From: an uncultured Methanosarcinales archaeon
GTDB lineage: Archaea; Nanobdellota; Nanobdellia; Woesearchaeales; JACPBV01
DNA length: 43,649 nucleotides
Direction: 5' to 3'
NCBI GenBank assembly: GCA_964492935.1
Contig: CAZBLF010000006.1
Location: forward strand, 1 to 43,649
Shown here: piece after piece, positions 37,476 to 43,649 of the stretch
How the letters are laid out: each line of letters begins with the position of its first letter
Numbering within the stretch: the stretch's first letter is position 1
The notes under the pieces: model-generated
The model's database searches: none
Told to the model about the DNA's origin: nothing
What the model saw: only the letters and a program-made list of their open reading frames with translations
Program-made: the position numbers and the translations under genes

Positions 37476-38756
37476 ATGAAAATAAAGTCTATTGTTGCGA
37501 GAGAAATCATCAGCTCTGGCTCAACACCTTCTTTAGAGGTAAAGGTAACGCTCAACAATGGAGTATTTGGTAAAGCATCCGTGCCCTTCGGGGCCTCAGC
37601 AGGCATTCATGAGGCAAAAGTCTTATTCGATGGCGGAAAAAGATACAACGGTCGCGGCATGCTCAGAGCAGTAAACAACATCAACAAGGTTTTAGCACCA
37701 AAACTCAAAAACAAAGATGCATACGACCAAGTCGCAATAGATCAACTGATGATAACGCAAGATGGAACAGAAAGCAAGAAAAAACTGGGAGGAAATGCGA
37801 TTCTAGGGGTATCGCTAGCCGTTGCAAGAGCAGCTGCAAATGCTCGCAATCTTCCACTCTACAAATACATCAGACGCGTCTTCAAATTACCAATCAAAAA
37901 GTATGTTCTTCCCAATCCCCAGATGGTCGTCATCGAGGGCGGCAAGCACGCAGACAATTCCACCGATTTCCAAGAATATATGGTCGCCCCCATAAAAGGT
38001 AATTCCATTAAAGAGGAAGTCCAAGCCGGAATCGAAGTCTATCTAGCGTTAAAGAAAGTACTCAAAGAAAAAAAGCTTGATTCCAACGTCGGAAACGAAG
38101 GTGCATACGCTCCATCCGGCCTGAAAACAAACGAAGCTCCACTTAAACTGATACAAGCTGCAATCAAGAAAGCCGGCTACAGCAAAAAAGACATTGGCAT
38201 TGCATTAGATCCAGCAACCTCAGAAGTATTTAGCAATGGTAAGTACCATCTCAAAAAAGAAAAGAAAAAATTAGATTCAAAGGGCATGATTGCTTACTTC
38301 CAGAACTGGCTAAAGAAATATCCAGAAATCATCACCCTAGAAGATCCGCTCCATGAAGATGATTGGGCATTCTGGCCAGAAATAACGAAAACATCCAACA
38401 TTCCCATAGTAGGAGACGACCTAACCGTCACCAATCCAAAAAGATTACAACACGCCATCGATACGAAATCAATCTCAGCAATCCTCATCAAGTTAAATCA
38501 AATTGGCACGTTAACCGAAACCATCCAAACCTGCATGCTGGCGCGCAGCAATAACCTGATGACGATTGTCTCCCACCGTGGTGGAGGCGAAACCAATGAC
38601 ACGTCTATGGTAGATCTCGCGGTAGCCGTCAATGCAGCGTTCATCAAAGTCGGCCCCAGCAGAGGAGAACGAGTCTGCAAGTACAACAGACTGATGGAAA
38701 TCGCAGACGAATTAAAAGCAAAACCAGCCGGAAAAAACTTCAGAAAGATACAATAA
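37476..38756 (+). CDS. eno: Enolase (divergent)
   Basis: GASAGIHEA, LGGNAILGVS, GGKHA, EDP, VGDDLTVTN, IKLNQIGT, SHR. Confidence 0.93.
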   Translation: MKIKSIVAREIISSGSTPSLEVKVTLNNGVFGKASVPFGASAGIHEAKVLFDGGKRYNGRGMLRAVNNINKVLAPKLKNKDAYDQVAIDQLMITQDGTESKKKLGGNAILGVSLAVARAAANARNLPLYKYIRRVFKLPIKKYVLPNPQMVVIEGGKHADNSTDFQEYMVAPIKGNSIKEEVQAGIEVYLALKKVLKEKKLDSNVGNEGAYAPSGLKTNEAPLKLIQAAIKKAGYSKKDIGIALDPATSEVFSNGKYHLKKEKKKLDSKGMIAYFQNWLKKYPEIITLEDPLHEDDWAFWPEITKTSNIPIVGDDLTVTNPKRLQHAIDTKSISAILIKLNQIGTLTETIQTCMLARSNNLMTIVSHRGGGETNDTSMVDLAVAVNAAFIKVGPSRGERVCKYNRLMEIADELKAKPAGKNFRKIQ

Positions 38757-39415
38757 TGGCAAAAAACAGCATTTTCTTGTTTAGACACGCACAAACCTAT
38801 TTCAATCGAGCACACCGCTTCACAGGCTGGAAAGATTCCAAGTTAACGCCGTTCGGAATTAAACAGGCAAAGAAAGTTGCAAAACTGCTCAAGAACAAAC
38901 ATATCGACGTCGCCTATCATACTCGACTTTCTAGATCTAAAGACACCCTAAAAGCAGTCCTCAAATACCATCCAGAATGCAAGAATAAAATCAAAGACGA
39001 CAGAATGATAGAACGCAGTTATGGAAAACTGCAGGGGATGACTCATAAGGGATTTATTAAGCAAGAAGGTACCGATTCATACAAGACACTCTTACACTGG
39101 CACAAAATAGATCATCTGCACGGAAAGGACAGGAAGGAATTCATAGAAAAAGTCGGAGAGGCCGAGTTCGATGTCGTGCACCGTTCATACAATCACCCTC
39201 CAAAGAATGGAGAGAGCATCAAGATGGTCGAAAAGCGAGTAAACGCCTTCATCAAAGACCTCCTAAAAAAGATAAAGAAAGAAAACATCAACGTTGCTAT
39301 TTCTGCACACGGAAATTCCATGAGACCATTCAGAAAATACTTCGAGAAACTAACGACAAAAAAAATGATGCATCTAGAAAATCCCTGGGACGATTATTTT
39401 GAATACAAGGTCTAA
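38756..39415 (+). CDS. gpmA: 2,3-BPG-dependent phosphoglycerate mutase
   Basis: FRHAQT...FTGWKD, ERSYGKLQG, PPKNGES, SAHGNSMR; coupled to eno. Confidence 0.9.
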   Translation: MAKNSIFLFRHAQTYFNRAHRFTGWKDSKLTPFGIKQAKKVAKLLKNKHIDVAYHTRLSRSKDTLKAVLKYHPECKNKIKDDRMIERSYGKLQGMTHKGFIKQEGTDSYKTLLHWHKIDHLHGKDRKEFIEKVGEAEFDVVHRSYNHPPKNGESIKMVEKRVNAFIKDLLKKIKKENINVAISAHGNSMRPFRKYFEKLTTKKMMHLENPWDDYFEYKV

Positions 39416-40176
39416 TCAAACGAGTGCTCATCATCCGGAAATTCGCCAGCCTTCACATCGCGAACATAGTCCTTAATGGCTTTAGTAGCTTCCGAATTCA
39501 ATTCAGCATATCTCTTCACGAATTTGGGATGGAAATCCTCAACCAATCCCAGAATATCATTAATAACCAACACCTGCCCATCACAAAACTTTCCAGCACC
39601 AATCCCAATCGTAGGAATGGCAAGTGATTTCGTAATCGTATCAGCCAAGCCAGCAGGAACCATCTCCAAAACAACAGCGAAACAACCAGCCTTATCCAAA
39701 GCCTTAGCCTCAGTCAGAATACTATTAGCAGAGGCTGCATCCTTGCCCTGCACCTTCATCTCCTCAGCAGTTTGCGGCAACAATCCAGCATGACCCATAA
39801 CATGAATTTTATTTTCAACTAAAAACTTGACAACTTCAGGTTTACCCTCAACCTTAACCGCATCCGCACCAGAACCCATCAATTTGCGAGCATTCTCTAA
39901 TGCAAAGGCTTCCGGCTCATCCGAACCAAACGGCATATCAGCAACAATGAATGACGTCAATGCACCTCTTCTAACTGCTTCCGTATGCTGAATCATCAGC
40001 TCCATTGTCACATCTTTAGTACTTTCAAACCCATACACAACATTTCCTACTGAATCACCAACCAAAATAACATCAATCTGGATCTCCTCTAACAATTTAG
40101 CAGTATTAAAGTCATAAGCAGTCAGCATTGTAATTGCCTGCAATCCTTTCATTGATTTGAGACGAGAAACTTCCAT
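39412..40176 (-). CDS. panB: 3-methyl-2-oxobutanoate hydroxymethyltransferase
   Basis: MLTAYD, LVGDS, ADMPF, VKVEG, IPTIGIGAG, DGQVLV. Confidence 0.96.
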   Translation of the reverse strand: MEVSRLKSMKGLQAITMLTAYDFNTAKLLEEIQIDVILVGDSVGNVVYGFESTKDVTMELMIQHTEAVRRGALTSFIVADMPFGSDEPEAFALENARKLMGSGADAVKVEGKPEVVKFLVENKIHVMGHAGLLPQTAEEMKVQGKDAASANSILTEAKALDKAGCFAVVLEMVPAGLADTITKSLAIPTIGIGAGKFCDGQVLVINDILGLVEDFHPKFVKRYAELNSEATKAIKDYVRDVKAGEFPDDEHSFD

Positions 40177-40224
40177 GATAAAGAAGGAAAAATTATCAGT
40201 TTATAAATCTATCGTCGATAAAGC

Positions 40225-41388
40225 CTAAGAAAGCTTCTTGCGTTCCTCTCGAAGCAAGTCACCAACCTCTTTCATAGTTTGTATTCGATCATCTCTCCTA
40301 GATTGAATGCAGTGCCCCACCAACTCACTCAATCCCTGAGGAACGTCGCTATTACGTTCATAAGCAGGCTGAGCTTCCGAATGGACCATAAATTTACCTC
40401 CCCCTCGCCTTAAGTCTCCAAATTCATCATAAGGGGTATCTCCCGTAAGCAAGAAATACAGGGAGGCACCCAACGAATAGATATCGACACGTCCATCAAT
40501 AGGCAAATCATCATTAGCAGAGAGTTGTTCAGGTGCAGAATAACCAGGAGAACCCATGATGATGGACACAGCCCCATGATTATCAATCCTTCTCGCCAAT
40601 CCAAAATCTCCTAATTTTACAACGCCTTCATCCGAGATCATGATATTTGCTGGTTTGATATCCCGATGAAAATATCCAGTTTCGTTCGCTGCATGGAGAA
40701 CATCAGAGAGTGTAATCATATAGTCCAGCATCACCGGTAAAGGAAGTTTCTCATCATGATGTACCTCATGGAGATTCCTGCCCTTTACCAATTCGAACTG
40801 GCCAAACCAAAGATCAATATATTTTTCCTTTCCCCTCATCTTAACAAGTACGGGCCCATATTTACGAACACCATAAGATTCAACCACATGCTGTTCCAAA
40901 CCAGGAAGACTTCTATCTTCCAAATTAGGATAATTCTGTTCCAAATGACTTCTTACCACCCGTGTTGCAGCATCCTCTCCGGTAAATCGATGAGATAACA
41001 CCTCATCATGATCAAGATCACCCGTATTCATAAGGTCAAATAACGGAATCTTATACGCAAACGGGCGAAGTTTCAGCGGAGTCCCATTCCGGTACAAAGT
41101 CTTGCCCTTCACAATTAAGGCAAAACCACCTTTCCCCAAAATTCCTTTTTCCGCGTCAGGGTCTAAATAGATAGGCCTCCTTTTTCTCGCAAAGAGGGCT
41201 CTGACCGTCTAGTACATCTCCCAGGCACCATATTCAATCTTCGATCCAATAGGATAGGTAGCTACCGTATCAGCCACCCTCCTAAGATCTTGAACCTTCA
41301 TCGTTGGAGGAGTAACACTACGATCTTCGAGTCTTTCTACCTTTTCAGACGGAATGTCGCTTTCTTTCTTCTCTTCAGTTTCCTTCAT
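40225..41388 (-). CDS. Hanks-type Ser/Thr protein kinase; N-terminal extension interrupted by an in-frame TAG (41211-41209)
   Basis: LGKGGFA, HRDIKPAN, DFG, GSPGYSAPE, DIYSLG. ATG 41388 is in the same frame, about 25 nt from a TATA-like element. Confidence 0.8.
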
Positions 41389-41451
41389 AAGCCCAATTAT
41401 ATAAATTATATAGAAATCCCAATCGCAATTTTGTTTATAAAGGTTACGCTT

Positions 41452-42369
41452 TCAGTTTTTCCCCAAAACACGCGTCATAACGAGCGGAAACGTAATCGAC
41501 ACGTCACCAATCACCGTGATAGCATCGCCCTCGCCCTTAATCTTGCCCCACGACTTAGCTTCCGACGTGGTAGCACCACTTAAAGAACCCGCATGCGCAT
41601 GCGCCGTCGTCATATACACCACATAGTCCATCCCATCTCGAAGTAAATTAGCCAGAATTGCATGATGTTTAGCAACGCCACCACCCAACACAATACAACC
41701 TACTTTCGAAGCTTCAATAACAGAACCAAACAACAACGACATGTCCGACGTAACCTCAATCTCAAAGTCGGGATGCTTCTGTTTAAAGAAATAAATTTGC
41801 AGTCCAAGAGCTCCATCCGTAATTGCTGGACAAAACAACGGAATGTTCTGCTTGCGAGCCTGATACAGTATCGAGTGTTCATCCGTAACAAACCGACCTA
41901 ATTCAAATAACAATTCTGAAACTCCCCATTTTTTCTTCTTAGCATACAATTCCTCCAGAATCGGAGTAATAATATCTTCAAACGAACCATACACCTCGTT
42001 CGGGACATAAATATTTCCTATTCGATTAATACCCTCCTTTCCCAGCTGTTCATCATCCACATCAAAACTCCCTTGCAAGAATTCCTTCCCATTAGCCTTA
42101 ATCAAGTCCTCCTCTATCGAACCAACCGTAGTAATAGCAACATCCACAAACTTCTTCTCAATCAACTGAGCAAAGAATCCGCGCAATCCCGAACTCACCA
42201 TGTTCGAGGTAAAGGTGAGGATAATCTTGGCCTTCTCCTGTTTCATCTTAGTAATAATCTCAACCGCCTTTCCAACGTGCAATGACTGAAATCCAATAGT
42301 GCCAATCCGATCAACAAATTCGTCAACCTTCATCCCTTCCTTGTATCTAAAATCTTTAATCGCTTTCAT
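41452..42369 (-). CDS. dys: Deoxyhypusine synthase
   Basis: FTSNMVSSGLR, EEDLIK, NRIGN, PAITDG, GGGVAKHH, GSLSGA...EAKSWGK. Confidence 0.95.
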   Translation of the reverse strand: MKAIKDFRYKEGMKVDEFVDRIGTIGFQSLHVGKAVEIITKMKQEKAKIILTFTSNMVSSGLRGFFAQLIEKKFVDVAITTVGSIEEDLIKANGKEFLQGSFDVDDEQLGKEGINRIGNIYVPNEVYGSFEDIITPILEELYAKKKKWGVSELLFELGRFVTDEHSILYQARKQNIPLFCPAITDGALGLQIYFFKQKHPDFEIEVTSDMSLLFGSVIEASKVGCIVLGGGVAKHHAILANLLRDGMDYVVYMTTAHAHAGSLSGATTSEAKSWGKIKGEGDAITVIGDVSITFPLVMTRVLGKN

Positions 42370-43511
42370 ATCAACTTCACCTCTAATTTTTCCAAAGCCA
42401 AAAAATCAGCATTAAACGTATACGCACCCGCGTTAAAGAACACCACCAAATCACCCTCAGACAGCTCAGGCAACACCACCTCCTTTCGAAACACATCCAA
42501 AGAATCAGGAGTATTGCCACGAATCATGTGCCTGACCTTCTTACCCCTACTATTCGTCACAAAAGGAAGCTGCAAATCAACAATCAATGAATCTAAAGAC
42601 GCATTATACACCGAAACATCCAACATCGCGACATTTCTTCCCTCAACGGGCTTCGTATGAAAAACATGTGTCACCAAAACACCGGCCGGCCCCACCAAGA
42701 ACCTTCCAGGCTCAACAATTAATTTCATCTCGGGAAAAATCTTCTGTAGAGTCAGTAAATCATATTTCAGAGCACCCACCAGCGTATCTATTCCTGGAAC
42801 AGCGTCACCAATATACTGAATCGGATAGCCCCCACCCAAGTCAAGACAGGTTACCACAACACCACTCCGCCTCAAATCAGCAATGAAATCTACAAGCCGA
42901 TCACTATTCTTTTTCCAGGTAGCAATATCCGCATTCTGACTAATCAAGTGATTATGCACCCCTAAACGAAGACTCTCATCGCTACCAACACCCAACATCA
43001 ACTTCTTAGCCTCCGCAAACGACATCCCAAAGCAGGTATCGGTAGGGTATAATCCATCGCTAGCAACTCCAGTCGCCACACGAAACAAGACATCCAGTTT
43101 CCTATCTCCACGCGCCTCCATCAACACCGCAAATGCACTTGGAGAATCAACAATAAATCTCCTAACGCCAGATTTCAACACCTTTTTCGCGTCAGCCAAA
43201 GTCAAACACGTACTATAGTAAATGATTTCCTTCGAAAAAAAAGCAACTTCAGCCAAATGCCTCAAATTACAAACCAAGAATGAACTACCTGCGTTAGCAA
43301 ACACCTTCCCCAATGCTACAGAGTCATTCGTTTTATAGGAGTAAGCAACCTCCGTAGAGATAAAGGTATCAAAAGCATCCCTAATCCGAGCATATTGCTC
43401 CACCAATCTCTTTTTACTAAACACAAAACAAGGCTTCTTGAATCTAGCTAAATCTCCGCCCTCGTAGGACAGCATTCCATTCTCATGTTGTAGTGTATGT
43501 TCAATAACCAT
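42366..43511 (-). CDS. Fold-type III PLP-dependent decarboxylase (DAP/ornithine/arginine family)
   Basis: YSYKTN PLP lysine, DLGGGYP, EPGR, GAY; overlaps the dys start. Confidence 0.85.
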   Translation of the reverse strand: MVIEHTLQHENGMLSYEGGDLARFKKPCFVFSKKRLVEQYARIRDAFDTFISTEVAYSYKTNDSVALGKVFANAGSSFLVCNLRHLAEVAFFSKEIIYYSTCLTLADAKKVLKSGVRRFIVDSPSAFAVLMEARGDRKLDVLFRVATGVASDGLYPTDTCFGMSFAEAKKLMLGVGSDESLRLGVHNHLISQNADIATWKKNSDRLVDFIADLRRSGVVVTCLDLGGGYPIQYIGDAVPGIDTLVGALKYDLLTLQKIFPEMKLIVEPGRFLVGPAGVLVTHVFHTKPVEGRNVAMLDVSVYNASLDSLIVDLQLPFVTNSRGKKVRHMIRGNTPDSLDVFRKEVVLPELSEGDLVVFFNAGAYTFNADFLALEKLEVKLI

Positions 43512-43649
43512 AGCAAACTCTCTAGAAAAATATACTTACGCACCAGTCTTACGTACTGAATCCATAACCAAGAATAATAGAGATGGCTTTTTAAAGATTG
43601 CTTTATTTTCGACAGTAATGTTTATGAGTAGATTTTTCAAGAAAAGAGC

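Noticed and set aside
15362..41211. Genome-wide reassignment of TAG, suggested by two in-frame TAGs
   Set aside because: TAG ends conserved genes at their expected C-termini (HIT 4515, GINS 33499, panB 39412), so it is a normal stop here.
41140..41230. BHB intron removing the kinase TAG
   Set aside because: Only weak hairpins were found, with no 4-bp helix flanked by two 3-nt bulges enclosing the stop.
172..42886. Numerous short antisense or overlapping ORFs in the track (for example 8905-9426, 17902-18519, 33486-33959)
   Set aside because: They are shadows of well-supported genes with no independent motifs. The 13073-13291 frame is the exception and is treated as a finding.
1..43649. CRISPR array, prophage or IS element
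   Set aside because: No regularly spaced repeats and no cas, integrase, transposase or virion genes recognised.

Overview
Archaeal chromosomal window, most consistent with a DPANN lineage such as Woesearchaeota. This is inferred from the archaeal histone, the GINS-rpl44e-rps27e-aIF2alpha-nop10-PAC2 cluster, S-layer genes, TATA-box promoters and BHB-type tRNA introns. It holds five tRNA genes, three free-standing LAGLIDADG endonuclease genes each next to an intron-containing tRNA, a translationally coupled his operon, a VWA/MoxR/DUF58 cluster, a tandem-duplicated S-layer gene, glycolytic genes, panB, a Ser/Thr kinase, and a deoxyhypusine synthase plus decarboxylase pair. The main finding is the his operon leader (minus strand, about 13340 to 13005). 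Two short leader ORFs each carry one His codon in the identical context TGT ATT CAT T. A +1 shift at the first CAT opens a stop-free frame that runs through a U-rich tract and the whole tRNA-His gene, ending on the second leader's ATG. A +1 shift at the second CAT is needed to enter hisG, which lacks its own start codon and contains no histidine. This looks like an undescribed histidine-sensing double-frameshift attenuator with an embedded tRNA; the mechanism is inference. Also notable are a tRNA-Met with four predicted introns and a decoy leader, and the pairing of homing endonuclease genes with tRNAs that carry non-canonical introns.
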